A stretch of DNA of 64,000 nt from Octopus vulgaris (GCA_951406725.2 OX597820.1:108624001-108688000), one strand, 5' to 3'; positions 1 to 14,196 are shown, counted from the stretch's first letter. Numbers and translations are program-made. The notes: generated by a model from the sequence alone, not told the origin.

Positions 1-382
1 AATACGCGTGTGGTTCAATTGATTACATCCAACGTTATAATTCAAATGCCCCAACCAACAGCGCGCCAAACTTTCACGGAAAACAAATACAGCATTTAGA
101 AATAAATGCAGCATAATTATAATTAATTAATAAGGGTGAGAGAATTAGATACTAATTTAATAGTATATTTATTCAACACCAAGTGGCCTAGTGCTCCGAG
201 AAACCTGGATTATTATAATATTTTATAACATATTATAATATTTTTACAAAATAAATATAAGAGAGTGGTCACTATATTGCTCACTCTAGCACCAGTTAAT
301 CCAAAAGGTTTCAACCACGAAAATACATGTTTCCCATGAAAGTCAGTACGATTGTTAGCTCACACGGACAGGGCAAATAATT

Positions 383-424
<42 letters not shown>

Positions 425-458
425 GTAAATTATATATATATGTATAATATATATATAT

Positions 459-1125
459 CACCTTGATCACCTTGACCGACCAGTCCGTCAGGCGTCCATT
501 TGACACCGCTGGTCACAGCACACTGTCCACTCCTCTCTGGATCGCATCTTTCTCATCCATGTGATCCTAGTCGTCCTCCTGAAATCGTAAATCTACTGTC
601 ATGGAGGCCTTCCGAGTAGTCGTTTCCGTTCGCGTGGGTACCACTCGACAACTGCGCGGGTCCACCGATTATCAGTGAGCCGGGCGACGTGTCCAGCCCA
701 TCTAAACTTGCTACGTGTATACTCTGCGATGATATCCCTCATGCCGGACTTCTTTGTAATGATCTCGCTACTGATGTGCTCTCTCAATGAGATACCAAGC
801 ATTTCAGCCATTACCAGTCTCTGCTCTTCTCTCTTTGTGGTAGCCCATATTTCACTACCATATAACATTGCACCTGAAGGACAAAAGGATTCCACATGTA
901 CCAACAGGTCGAATGGTCATCGGCAGTGATGAAATAGAGGCGGTAAAGGAATATGTCTACCTGGGATAGGAAGTGAATATGTGCCGAGATATCGAAAAGG
1001 AGATCTCACGGAGAGTAAGGGTCAGATGATGGAAGGCGTTTAATGGCATAAGGGATGTGCTCAAGGGAAGGTTGGACAGGACCACCCGCGCGAACTTCAT
1101 CAACAGTACAGTTCTACCTGCAATG
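459..1125 (-). mobile_element. 5'-truncated RTE/RTEX-type LINE with a 5' inversion (3' part 459-870 minus; inverted part ~901-1125 plus)
   Basis: Minus strand encodes the LINE C-terminus (MLYGSEIW...WAGHVAR..DNRWT...WYP..KR..GRPP) and ends in a (caaggtgat)x2 tail. Plus strand 901-1125 encodes the immediately upstream part (EYVYLG*E...EISRRV...[10 protein letters not shown]). Flanked by (TA)n. Confidence 0.85.
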
Positions 1126-1260
1126 TATATATATATATATATATATGTATGTATATATATATATATATATGTATATGTATATGTATATGTATATATATAT
1201 GTATATGTATATATATATGTATATGTATATATATATGTATATGTATATATATATGTATAT

Positions 1261-2092
1261 CATCATCATCATCATCATCGTTTAACATCCGTTCTCCATG
1301 CTAGCATGGGTTGGACGGTTCGACCGGGGTTCTGGGAAGCCAGAAGGCTGCACCAGGCTCCAGTCTAATCTGGCAATGTTTCTACAGCTGGATGCCCTTC
1401 CTAACGCCAACCACTCCGTGAGTGTAGTGGGTGCTTTTTACGTGCCACCTGCACAGGTGCTAGGCGAGGCTGGCAACGGCCACGGTCAGATTGGTGTATT
1501 TTATGTGCCACCGGCACGGAAGCCAGTCGAGGCGGTGCTGGCATCGGCCACGAGTCGGATAGTGCTTTTTACGTACCACCAGACCAGGGATCCTGGCTGG
1601 TTCAATTCGATTTCGATTTCGCTTGCCCCAACATGTCTTCACAAGCAAAGGGGGTTGGCATGGGTGCCTGTCATACGGTCGCATTGCAGTATTTTACGTG
1701 CCACGGCCACGAGTCGGATAGTGCTTTTTACGTACCACCAGACCAGGGATCCTGGCTGGTTCAATTCGATTTCGATTTCGCTTGCCCCAACATGTCTTCA
1801 CAAGCAAAGGGGGTTGGCATGGGTGCCTGTCGTACGGTCGCATTGGAGTATTTTACGTGCCACGGCCACGAGTCGGATAGTGCTTTTTACGTACCACCAG
1901 GCCAGGGATCCTGGCTGGTTCAATTCGGTTTCGCTTGCCCCAACATGTCTTCACAAGCATGGGGGGTTGGCATGGGTGTCTGTCGTCGGATGAGGTTCTA
2001 TATCGACTTCGCTTGCCTCAACAGGTCTTTGTGTCCAAGGGAGGAAAGGCATTCATAAGTGGGCTGGGCTCACTTGTCCTGCCTGGTCTTCT
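1261..2092 (-). mobile_element. RTE LINE 3' UTR copy with (CAT)n tail and three 159-bp internal tandem repeats
   Basis: Same terminus (CCATGCTAGCATGG, GGATGCCCTTCCTAACGCCAACC) as the RTE copies at 3391-4362 and 10569-11897. Repeat units start at about 1545, 1704 and 1863. Confidence 0.8.
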
Positions 2093-3102
<1,010 letters not shown>

Positions 3103-3103
3103 T

Positions 3104-3332
3104 TTCTCTATTACCCACAAGGGGCTAAACATAGAGGGGACAAACAAGGATAGACAAACGGATTAAGCCGATTACATCGACCCCAGTGCGAAACTGGTAC
3201 TTTATTTATCGACCCCGGAAGGATGAAAGGCAAAGTCGACCTTGGCGGAATTTGAACTCAGAACGTAACGACAGACGAAATACCACAAAGCATTTCGCCC
3301 GGCGTGCTAACGTTTCTGCCAGCTCGCCGCCT
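3104..3332 (-). mobile_element. tRNA-derived SINE (family A; Meta-SINE-like central domain)
   Basis: Reverse complement reads GGCGGCGAGCTGGCAGAAACGTTAGC...GAGTTCAAATTCC (B box)...GCCTTTCATCCTTCCGGGGTCGATAAA...TCTATGTTTAGCCCCTTGTGGGTAATAGAGAAA. The same family is split across 34458 and 43959. Confidence 0.85.
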
Positions 3333-3390
3333 ATATATGTATATATATATATATGCGTATATATATATATATATATATGTATATGTATAT

Positions 3391-4362
3391 AAGAATAGCT
3401 TGGGCAAAGTTCAGAGAGCTCTTACCTCTGCTGGTGAGAAAAGGCCTCTCGCTCAGAGTAAAAGGCAGACTGTATGACGCATGTGTATGAACAGCCATGC
3501 TACATGGCAGTGAAACATGGGCTGTGACTGCTGAGGATATGCGTAAGCTCGCAAGAAATGAAGCCAGTATGCTCCGATGGATGTGTAATGTCAGTGTTCA
3601 TTCTCGACAGAGTGTAAGTACCTTGAGAGACAAGCTGGACCTAAGAAGCATCAGTTGTGGTGTGCAAGGGAGACGTTTGCACTGGTATGGTCATGTGGCG
3701 AGAATGGATGAAGATAGTTGTGTGAAAAAGTGCCTCACCCTAGCGGTTGAGGGAACCTGTGGAAGGGGCAGACCCAGGAAAACCTGGGACGAGGTGGTGA
3801 AGCACAACCTTCGAACTTTAGGTCTCACTGAGGAAATGACTAGAGACCGAGACCTTTGAAAGTATGCTGTGCGTGAGAAGACCCGGCAGGACAAGTGAGA
3901 CCATAACCCATGGCCTCTACATGGGATGTAGCCAGTCCACTTATGCATACCTTTCCTTCTTGGGACACAAAACTCTACTTGTGAAGACCTGTTGAGGCAA
4001 GTGAGAATCAGAATTGAAATCGATCAACATCAATGAAAATTGCAGCTGTGATACCAGTGCCGGTGGCATGTAAGATAACCATCCATTCGTGGCCGTTGCC
4101 AGCTTCGCCTGGCCCCCGTGCTGGTGGCACGTAAAAAGCACCATCCGATCGTGGCCGTTTGCCAGCCTTGTCTGGCACGTAAAAAGCACCCACTACACTC
4201 ACGGAGTGGTTGGCGTTAGGAAGGGCATCAAGCCGTAGAAACATTGCCAGATCAGACTGGGCCTGGTGCAGCCTTCTGGCTTCCCAGACCCCAGTTGAAC
4301 TGTCCAACCCATGCTAGCATGGAAAGCGGACGCTAAACAATGATGATGATGATGATGATGAT
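3391..4362 (+). mobile_element. 5'-truncated RTE LINE (RT C-terminus, 3' UTR, (GAT)n tail)
   Basis: ORF 3497-3859 reads MLHGSETWAV...WYGHVARM...RGRPRKTW; the element ends in a (GAT)n tail. Confidence 0.9.
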
Positions 4363-4600
4363 ATATTCTTATATTAAATTTTTGATACTTTTTGATAGTT
4401 ATATTTTTAAAAAATTATAAATATAAATTAATAATTTTAAATTTAAGTAATTAAAATTTTAAACTTTATATTTTATATATTTTGTAAATTATATTAATTA
4501 TTTTTATTTTTATGTTTTGGTTTATGTTTTTCACTGTTTGATTTGCCTCATAGTGGTTTTATCTCTAATTTAATTTATATACATATGTATATATATATAT

Positions 4601-5233
4601 CATCATCATCATCCGTCCGTTTTCCATGCTAGCCTGGGTTGGACGGTTCGACCTGGGTCTGGGAAGCCAGGCTGCACCAGGCTCCAGTCTGATCTGGCAG
4701 TGTTTCTACAGCTGGATGCTCTTCCTAACACCAACCACTCCGTGAGTGTAGTGGGTGCTTTTTACGTGCCACTGCCACGGGTGCCAGGGGAGGTTGGCAG
4801 CAACCACGATCGGTTGGTCCTTTTTACGTGCCACCGGCACAGAAGCCAGTCAAGGTGGCACTGGCATCGGCCACGTTTGGATGGTGCTTTTTACGTGTCA
4901 CTGGCACAGGTATCACAACTACAATTTCCATTTCATATTTATTTTGATGTTGATGTACTTGACTCAATAGGTCTCCTCAAGCACAGCAGGTCACCTTACG
5001 ATCCACGGTAAGCACAGCAGGTCGTTCTGCAATCCAGGTACTTTGGATGGGCTGGGGCTATGCGAAACTGGTGGAGGAAGCATCCCGGGTCTTTGCAGTC
5101 ACAGCATATCTCCAGAGATCTCGGTCTTTCATCATTGCCTCTGTGAGGCCCAACGTTCAAAGGTAATGCTTGACTACCATGACCTTCAAACGTTGGGCCT
5201 CACAGAGGCAACGATGAAAGACTGAGATCTCTG
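4601..5233 (-). mobile_element. RTE 3' end with a short fold-back duplication at its truncated 5' end
   Basis: (CAT)n tail at 4601; 5178-5233 is the reverse complement of about 5113-5168. Confidence 0.8.
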
Positions 5234-5339
5234 TATATCTATATATATGCCGACAAACGGCAATGTGAAACTCAGAGTAACAGGTTTTGTTGAATTTTCT
5301 GCTGCTTTAAATAAAGTAGTATATATATATATATATGTA

Positions 5340-5427
<88 letters not shown>

Positions 5428-5441
5428 GTGTATATATATAT

Positions 5442-5473
<32 letters not shown>

Positions 5474-5484
5474 CATACATACAC

Positions 5485-6003
5485 AAAATCAAAATCAAAA
5501 TCATTTCGATGACTGGTATCCGTGCTAGCGGGGTGCAAAGAGCACCATACGAGTGTGATCGTTGACAGAGCAGCTATTCGAGTATGATTGTTACCAGTGT
5601 TGCCTTACTGGCACTTATGCCTGTGCTAGTAGGGTGCCAAGAACACCATCCAAGCGTGATCAATGTGATCGTTACCAGAGCAGCCAACTGGCTTCCGTAC
5701 CTGTAGCACGTAAAAAGACACCATTTGAGCGTGATCATTACCAACGTCGCTTCACTGGCACGTGTAAAAAGATTTGAGCGAGGTCATTGCCAGTACCGCC
5801 TGACTGGCCCCTGTGCAGGTGGCATGTAAAAAGCACCCACTACACTCTCGGAGTGGTTGGCGTTAGGAAGGGCATCCAGCTGTAGAAACCCTGCCAGATC
5901 AAGACTGGCGCCTGGTGCAGCCATCTGGTTGCCAGCCCTCAGTCAAAACCATTCAACCCATGCTAGCATGGAAAACAGACGTTAAATGATGATGATGATG
6001 ATG
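5485..6003 (+). mobile_element. RTE 3' UTR fragment
   Basis: Conserved RTE terminus and (GAT)n tail. Confidence 0.75.
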
Positions 6004-6019
6004 ATATATATATGTATAC

Positions 6020-6080
<61 letters not shown>

Positions 6081-6720
6081 GGCCATTCACCCACTAGAAA
6101 TAACAACCAAAAGCTTTAACCGCAAAATAACATCAATTCCGTAAACCAGGAGAAAATTAAAAAACATTTACCCTGTAATTTCTTAGACGATGCACCGTTT
6201 CATCTACCGTTTAATGGTAAACTAACCTGATTAAATTAAATCAAGCCAATCTACCGGAATCGGCGGCTTATATTTATTTGCTGCCGATAAATTTGGCGCG
6301 AGTGCGACGATTTGAAAATTTTAGGTCAGATATTGCCGAGGTAGCAACGAGAATGCCTCGTGAAAAATATCTGTTCCGACTTGGCTATTTCTTACTGATG
6401 AATCTAAGGGCCTATGGTAGATTGGCTTGATTTAATTTAATCAGGTTAGTTTACCATTAAACGGTAGATGAAACGGTGCATCGTCTAAGAAATTACAGGG
6501 TAAATGTTTTTTAATTTTCTCCTGGTTTACGGAATTGATGTTATTTTGCGGTTAAAGCTTTTGGCTGTTATTTCTAGTGGGTGAATGGCCTATTATGGCC
6601 GTTCCTTGATTGTGATGTTGAACTTAAAAATGGTTTATGACTATTTAATTTTTTCCCACTAGGCCGCTGGTGGCAAAAGAATTCTACAAAATTTTTTTTG
6701 CCACCCTATATTGATTAATT
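6081..6720 (+). mobile_element. Non-coding Penelope-like (pLTR) element with inverted 5' segment
   Basis: 6081-6255 is a near-perfect inverted repeat of 6416-6590. Contains a hammerhead and is flanked by (TA)n. Confidence 0.7.
6387..6493 (+). ncRNA. Type I hammerhead ribozyme, intact core
   Basis: Stem I ATTTCTTA/TAAGAAAT (8 bp), CTGATGA at 6395-6401, stem II ATCTA/TAGAT with a long internal hairpin, GAAA at 6470-6473, near-palindromic stem III CGGTGCATCG, GUC cleavage triplet at 6483-6485. Confidence 0.85.
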
Positions 6721-6728
6721 ATATACAC

Positions 6729-6761
<33 letters not shown>

Positions 6762-6861
6762 GTCAGTAAAAATGAATCCAAAAGAGAAGCACACTCTAAG
6801 ATATAGATCAGTAGAGTCTTTAGAGAAAGGTAGTTATAGCTGGTTCATTGGGTTACATTAG

Positions 6862-7370
6862 ATGTTCTGGAAATACCTCGAAATAGCACCTCTCCAACCA
6901 CAAACCCTCGTTTATGATCCCAAAGAGATGTTATGTCATGTCCTTGGCCAGCCACCGTGGCACCTGAAGGACAAAAGGATTCCACATGTAATCACATGGA
7001 AAACCCCCAAAAAACTGGTTGCCAACATCAATGGGAACAAACATTGCAAGGTGTGTATAATAGCAGAACGGGTGAGGATATTGAAGAACTCTCTCAATGT
7101 AGGGAACATCTTAAATTTCAGAATGGAAGTCTTTAGACCCTGCTTACACTTCAGGTGATTCCAACTGAAATCCTGGCACTGCAAGTTGACTGGGTGGATT
7201 CCAGATAGTGGTCTAAGAAATACAATCTCTTGTGCTTGACCTTTCTTCTTCCTCTGTGTGTTCTAAGACTAGCCACGGGGTTTTTTCTTCCCCCGTTTTC
7301 AAGAGAGGTCACCAGCCATTAGAGTCTGATGAGACGTATTTGAAGTTAAGTACTTCATGAACACAATGAA
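6862..7370 (+). mobile_element. Penelope-like GIY-YIG C-terminal fragment
   Basis: WHLKDKRIPHVITWK...CKVC...E...LN.R.E....C.H, typical of the PLE endonuclease C-terminus. Confidence 0.65.
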
Positions 7371-7727
7371 CTGGCCATAATTATATCTCTCTCTCTCTCT
7401 TTCTCACTCTCTCTCTATATAAATATATATACAAAGTATGGGGGTTTATTTCATAGGTGATCTAAATGATTAGGTACGCTAGGTAAGTGCTGTAATGGAT
7501 TACTGGGGCTCCAAGATTGCACCTAAAGACTTACACACATGGATCTACGCAGGATTGCACCTACGGACTCATGCTCTACTTTCTATAAGTTTGGAAATTT
7601 GAACTATGAACTTTTATGCTTCTTTATTCTTCTCTCTTTCCATCTCCTTATTCTTTTACTCCCTTCCTCCATGTTGTCATCTTATTGATATATACCATTC
7701 TCATTTTCCATATTTTGCCCCCTATTT

Positions 7728-7783
7728 GTCTCTGATGATGGTATATCTCATACTTGGGGGTATCCCAGAAACAGCTGCAAGAT
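7728..7783 (+). ncRNA. Degenerate type I hammerhead in a PLE repeat
   Basis: GTCT-CTGATGA-TGG...CCA-GAAA-CAGCTG-CA-AGAT; the cleavage triplet is GCA instead of GUA. Confidence 0.6.
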
Positions 7784-7849
7784 TTTGAATTACTTCCTAT
7801 AATAATATTGTATATGACTTGAGATGTTTGCCTTTTTTACAAGGATTCT

Positions 7850-9080
7850 ACCTGGGTCAAAAAGAGAGAGCATTCTCTTTTTGATGTACCGATGGGGGCA
7901 TATGACAGGGCTGAGTTATGTGTGCACACGGGAGCTTATATTTTGCATAATCTAAATCTAGAATTCCCGTTTATAGATGCAGGATTATATAGGGATGACG
8001 GCCTTATAGGCACCCATAATTTAAATGTCCATGAATTAGGTAAGCTTAGGAAGGATCTAATTGCTTTCTTCCAAAGGATGGGCTTACAGATTACAATAGA
8101 TACTAACCTGAAAAGTATTGATTACTGAGATAAAAATTTAGATTTACAGTTAGATAAATTCAGACCTTACCGTAAGCCTAATGAAAAGCTATCTTATATT
8201 AGCAAAGAATCCAGTCCTCCACCAGTTAATATTAGGAACCTAGTCAGTAATGTAGGTAGACGAATATCGCCAACTTCTTTGGATGAGACAGCATTTCAAA
8301 ATGCTGCACCCTTTTATAATAACACATTAAGGAATAGTGGATTCTCTGAGAAGATCCAGTATAACCAAGTTAATGCTAACAGTAATATCACATGTAGAAC
8401 TAGAACTTGGAGGGTTTTGTGGTTCAACACAGTTTTTAATATGGCAGTAAAAACCAATATAGGTAGGGAATTCTTAAAATTAGTCTCTAAACATTTTCAG
8501 CCTAATCATAAGTTTTACAGAATATTTAATAGAAAAACGCTGAAGATTAGCTATTATTGTTGTAAAAACTTCACCTCTTTCATTAGCCAACACAACACTA
8601 AAATAATTACAAATAACCAGTGCCAGTTCTGATCTGAAGAATTGCAATTGCAAAGCTGAGACCTCCTGTCCGTTGGAAGGAAAATGTCTGGAGAAAGGGA
8701 TTGTGTATGGGGGCAAAGTACAAATAGAAGGCTCACAAAAATATAAAACATACACAGGGGCTTCAGAAAATTCTTTTAAGACCAGATTTTATTCTAGTAC
8801 CTGGAAAATAGGACAAAGATCAGTCTGGCAAAACATGTCTGGGAATTGAAAGAAAATGAAACCTGTCCTTTCAATGTGACATGGAAAAGTCTTAGATAAA
8901 GCATCAGCTTACAGACATGGTACTCATAAAAGACCCATCAAATGGGATTTATGCCATTCAGAAAAATTCGTTATTTTATTACAGAACAATAGCACTTTCA
9001 ATCAAAGACGTGAACTCTTAAATCCCTGCAGGCACACAACAAAATTTAAAATGTCAACCGACAAATTACCATATGGATAG
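7850..9080 (+). mobile_element. Decayed Penelope-like retroelement (RT plus GIY-YIG)
   Basis: FDVPMGAYD.AELC, GLYRDDGL, KPNEKLSY, WFN, NC...CPLEGKCLEKGIVY, YTGASENSFKTRF, SLAKHVWELK; several stops and frameshifts. Confidence 0.85.
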
Positions 9081-9978
9081 TATATATTTTTTGAATCTTG
9101 TACTAGTTTCCAATGCCACTGTTGAATTTGTATTTTGTAGTGTATGGTTATTTTGCATCGCAACGATTTTGGATATATTTCGACATATTCTTTAAGATAA
9201 CCTTCGACTGTTATACATATTATTTTCAAGTTTAAGCTTTTATTATTTTATTTTATTTTATTGTATTTTACAAACCTATTTAATTGTTATATTTATAGAT
9301 AATTCTATATTTGCTGCTGCATTTTGTAAATGTCTTTTATCCAATTTTTATTATTATATACACTGAGCAATTAAAAAAAAAAGTTGTTTGTATATATATG
9401 TTAGGATGTAGATGTGTGTATTGTATGTGTGCATCTGTGTATGTGTGTAAGTATACGTGTATGTTTATATTTATGTATATACTTACATGGACATATATGT
9501 ATACGTGTATACACTTATATTTGTGTGAATATGTATATACATACATATTTCTGTATATTTATATACGTTATTATATATGTGTATTTGTATGCTAATATAT
9601 ACTTGTGTATATGTATGTAACTTTATTTTATGTGTACATTTGTTACACATATTTCGTGATTTATCTCTCTTTCTTCTCTTTTCTTACTCAAAGTATCTTT
9701 TCTCTTCCTACTCGATATTTTGCTAGCGTCCTTAAACAATATACTCCTTTTCTTTTTCTCTTTTTTCTTTCTCTTGCAAGTTTTTATATTTCTGTTTCTT
9801 TTCTTTTTCTTTTTCTTTTTCTCTCCCTCCTCCCTACGCTTGAGGTATACTTCCTATTTCTCTCATCTGTAATAACTGACTTGTATATGTATACACCAAT
9901 AGATTTTGTGCACATGCATGTATGTGTAAATATATGTATATATGTATTTATGTATTTATGTTTATATTTATGTCTTAC

Positions 9979-10150
9979 AGGCGTATGAGTGGCTGTGTTG
10001 TAAGTAGCTTGCTTACCAACCACATTGTTCTGGGTTCAATCCCACTGCGTGGCACCTTGGGCAAGTGTCTTCTGCTATAGCTTTGGGCCGACCAAAGCTT
10101 TGTGAATGGATTTGGTAGACGGAAACTGAAAGAAGCCTGCTGTATGTATG

Positions 10151-10197
<47 letters not shown>

Positions 10198-10407
10198 TTG
10201 TATGTTTGTGTTTGTTCCCCCAACATCGCTTGACAACCGATGCTGGTGTGTTCACGTCCCCATAACTTTGTGGTTTGGCAAAAGAGACCAATAGAATAAG
10301 TACTAGGCTTACAAAGAATGAGTCCTGGGGTCGATTTGCTTGACTAAAGGCGGTGCTCCAGCATGGCCACAGTCAAATGACTGAAAAAAGTAAAAGAGTA
10401 AAAGAGA
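9979..10407 (+). mobile_element. tRNA/CORE-like SINE (family B) with internal microsatellite
   Basis: GGTTCAATCCC B box, ACCTTGGGCAAGT core-like motif, (GTAAAAGA)n tail; second copy at 12290-12741. Confidence 0.8.
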
Positions 10408-10568
10408 TTTATCTATATATGTATATAACTACGTACATGCATCTGTGTATTTTGGTGTATATATGTATATTATAAATGGTCTAGTAAGTGTATATACTGC
10501 TGAAAAAAATATTTATGTAATATAGCGTGAAAATTTTAAATTTTAAGTTTAATGTATTAATTGACTTA

Positions 10569-11897
10569 TCATCATCATCATCATCGTTTAACGTCCGCTT
10601 TCCATGCTAGCATGGATTGGACGGTTCAACTGGGATCTGGCAAGCCCGAAGGCTACACCAGGCCAGTCAGATCTGGCAGTGTTTCTACAGCTGGATGCCC
10701 TTCCTAACGCCAACCACTCCGAGAGTGTAGTGGGTGATTTTATGTGCCACCGACACAGGTGCCAGACGAGGCTGGCAGACGGCCACGCTCGGATGGTGTT
10801 TTTTATGTGCCACCGACACAGGTGCCAGACGAGGCTGGCAGACGGCCACACTCAGATGGTGTTTTTTATGTGCCACCGACACAGGTGCCAGACGAGGCTG
10901 GCAGACGGCCACGCTCGGATATGGTGTTTTCGGTGTTTTTCTTATGTGCCACCGACACAGGTGCCAGACGAGGCTGGCGAACGGCTACGATCGGATGGTG
11001 TTTGTTACGTGCCCAGGGCACGGAGGCCAGGCGATGCGGTACTGGCTACGGTCCCGTTCGGATGGTTTTTTTATGTGCCACCGGCACTGGTACCACAAGG
11101 ATACAAATTCCATTGATGTTCATCTATTTTGATTTGGTTTGACTTGATTCGATTTGACTTTGATTTGATTTGCCTCAACAGGTCTTCACAAGTGTCACAA
11201 GCAGGAAGGTATGCACAGGTGGACTGACTACGTCCCAGGTAGGGGCCACGGGTTATGGCTTCACTAGTCTTGCCGGGTCTTCTCACGCACAGCATACTTC
11301 CATAGGTCTCGGTCTCTAGTCATTTCCATGGTGAGACCTAACGTTCGAAGGTCGTGCTTCACCACCTCGTCCCAGGTTTTCCTGGGTCTACCTCTTCCAC
11401 GGGTTCCCTCAACTGCTAGGGATTGGCACTTTCTCACACACCTATCTTCATCCATTCTCGCCACATGACCATACCAGCGCAATCGTCTCTCTTGCACGCA
11501 ACAACTGATGCTTCTTAGGTACAACATTTCTCTCAGGGAACTAACGCTCTGTCGAGTAAGTACACTGACATTACACATCCATCGGAGCATACTGGCTTCA
11601 TTCCTCATGAGCTTATGCATGTCCTCAGCAGTCACGGCCCATGTTTCACTGCCATGTAGCATGGCAGTTCGAACACATGCATCATACAGTCTGCCCTTTA
11701 CTCTGAGCGAGAGGCCTTTAGTCACCAGCAGAGGTAAGAGCTCCCTAAACTTTTCCCAGGCTATTCTTATTCTAGCAGTTACACTCTCAGCGCACCCACC
11801 CCCACTACTGACTTGGTCACCTAGATAACGGAAGCTATCAACTACTTCTAATTTTTCCCCCTGGAAAGTGACGGAAGTTGTTTTCTGCAGATTTTCG
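10569..11897 (-). mobile_element. 5'-truncated RTE LINE with 63-bp tandem repeats in the 3' UTR
   Basis: ORF 11264-11725 is the RT C-terminus. Repeat units at about 10741, 10804, 10867 and 10943; (CAT)n tail. Confidence 0.9.
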
Positions 11898-12123
11898 GAC
11901 TTATATTGACTTATATTTCATTTATAATTATTTATTATATGTATTTGGAATCTGCCCTTCGATTTTACAATAGGATGAATTAATACTGAATTTATTTTGT
12001 TCATTGCATGCTTAAGACCTTTAGTTAAAAGGACTAATGAAACAAAACCATTTTCAAAAGTGTATCCTTTAAACTAATTTTTGTTTTTGTTTGATTATAT
12101 CATCATTTTTGTTCCATTCTAAT

Positions 12124-12169
12124 AAAACTGTCTGATGAACGGGAACGTTAAACTCTGAGTAACAGTTTT
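12124..12169 (+). ncRNA. Minimal type I hammerhead (core GAAA mutated to TAAA)
   Basis: AAAACTGT-CTGATGA-ACG(GGAA)CGT-TAAA-CTCTGAG-TA-ACAGTTTT. Related copies at 12816-12863 (minus) and about 5250-5290. Confidence 0.7.
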
Positions 12170-12289
12170 TGTGATATTTCTGCTGCTTTTAAATAAAGCA
12201 TATTACTCTACCTCTGGTATTTAAGTACTCTTTTTTCCATCTTATTTCACATTTATGTGCTTACTCTGGTATATACATACATATATATA

Positions 12290-12446
12290 TGTGGATGTGT
12301 GGTAAATAGCTTGCTTACCAACCACATGGTTCTGGGTTCATTTCCACTGCGTGGCACCTTGGGCAAGTGTTTTCTACTATATCCTCAGGCCGACCAAAAC
12401 CTTGTGAGTGGATTTGGTAGACAAAAACTGAAAGAAGCCCATGGTA

Positions 12447-12496
<50 letters not shown>

Positions 12497-12740
12497 TATA
12501 TATATGTATGTGTGTACATATGTTTGTGTGTCTGTGTTTGTCCCCCCCAACATTGCTTGACAACCTATGGTGGTGTGTTTATGTCCCCCGTAACTTAGTG
12601 GTTTGACAAAAGAGACCGATAGAATAAGTACTAGACTTCCAACAAATAAGTCCTGGGGTCGATTTGCTCAACTAAAGGCGGTGCTCCAGCATGACTGCAG
12701 TCAAATGACTGAAACAAGTAAAAGAGTAAAAGAGTAAAGA

Positions 12741-12741
<1 letters not shown>
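12290..12741 (+). mobile_element. SINE family B copy
   Basis: High similarity to 9979-10407. Confidence 0.8.
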
Positions 12742-12788
<47 letters not shown>

Positions 12789-12815
12789 TTTTTTTAAAGC
12801 AGCAGAAAATTCAAC

Positions 12816-12863
12816 AAAACCTGTTACTCTGAGTTTCTCGTTGCCATTCATCGGACAGTTTTT
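12816..12863 (-). ncRNA. Minimal hammerhead variant (CCGATGA core)
   Basis: Reverse complement reads AAAAACTGT-CCGATGA-ATG(GCAA)CGA-GAAA-CTCAGAG-TA-ACAGGTTTT. Confidence 0.6.
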
Positions 12864-14196
12864 GCTAGAATATTTGCTAGAGTATTTGAGTACTCTTTTT
12901 TCCACCTTGTTTCACATTTATGTGTTTACTCCGGTATATATATATATATATATATAAAAAGTTAATCCAAACAAGAAAGCACAAAAAAACACAACAACGC
13001 GAGGATGTGGAAAAAATATAGTATTATTCAGGAAAGAAGGAAAGAAGGAGGGTTTAACGTTTCGAGTGGAGCTCTTTGTCGGAAACATGGGAGAAGGAAA
13101 GATCCAGAGAAGGGAAGAAAGGGGGGAAAAAAATCGCCAACGGTACACACGCGGTCACATTATATGATCCAGGGATTTGACTGTAAGAGGTTTGTAAACT
13201 TCAAACAGTGAGTAGATGGTATAGAGAATAAAAAGTGGACAGTATACAATAAGATGATACAATAACAATTTATTTGCATTGAGAGTTACACTTTTTTTTC
13301 CATATCTAAGTTGTGAAGAGATTCAATAAGCTAGTAGTTTCTATATAGCTCACAGTTAAAGCTTCTTAAAATGTGAATAAAAATCTGAACTAAAGAAGTA
13401 GAACAGGTAAAATATATGCTTTTGTCAGCAGAAGAATGTCATGATGCAATTTTTATGCAATCAGCGCACTCAATGTAGCTAATCATGAGACTGAGATTAC
13501 CTTAATGAAGATTACATTGTCGCATAGAATTTCTAAGTCAACCCCGATGGTGAGAGTTCAACTGAATAGAAATGCCAGTAGTAAGCAGTAAAAAAAAAAA
13601 TTATGAATGTAGTTACTATCCTCCGGGGCAATGTCTTTTCCACTGGTGCCAAGAGAAATGTTTCTATCTTATGAGAAGCAAGATACTCTGTTAATCCATC
13701 ATGGAGACTATAAGCTTAAGAGTTTCCCAGTTAAGAGAATCAATGAAACCCAAAATATGCAAAAGTGTGTTTAGAGTTAAGGAGTAGGAAGAAAAGGAGA
13801 AAGAGAAAGAAAGAAAGAAGTAAAAAGAAGAAAAGAATTGCTATCATTAAGGTGAAAGTATTATGGCCATAAAAATCTATTCAAGTGATGTGACAACAGA
13901 TTTTTGCCGACTACTAGAATGCTGTCGTCCAAATTTGTATAGGTAAAGGGTTGTTCCATAGAACAAAAATGCTAGTACACAAGCATGCCTATGCACATAC
14001 ACATACATATCCCTGCACACACACACACATGTGCATACACACTAACTTACACATGCATACAAGTACTTTAGGGTATATAAACACACATGTCCATAATCAC
14101 GTATGCACGTACACATGTTCATAGATTTGGATCCCGTAGTGTCCATTAATCTGATTGGTTGGTATTGGCACAATTTGTCTCTTACTTGATTGAACC

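Noticed and set aside
1298-2058. 231-aa and 141-aa ORFs with 53-aa repeats
   Set aside because: Antisense frames of an RTE 3' UTR tandem repeat.
10735-10985. Regularly spaced repeats resembling a CRISPR array (also the 43-bp LTR repeats)
   Set aside because: Tandem repeats without unique spacers, no cas genes, eukaryotic context.
13400-13950. Non-repetitive stretch with possible splice sites
   Set aside because: No convincing ORF or homology; cannot be supported as exons.
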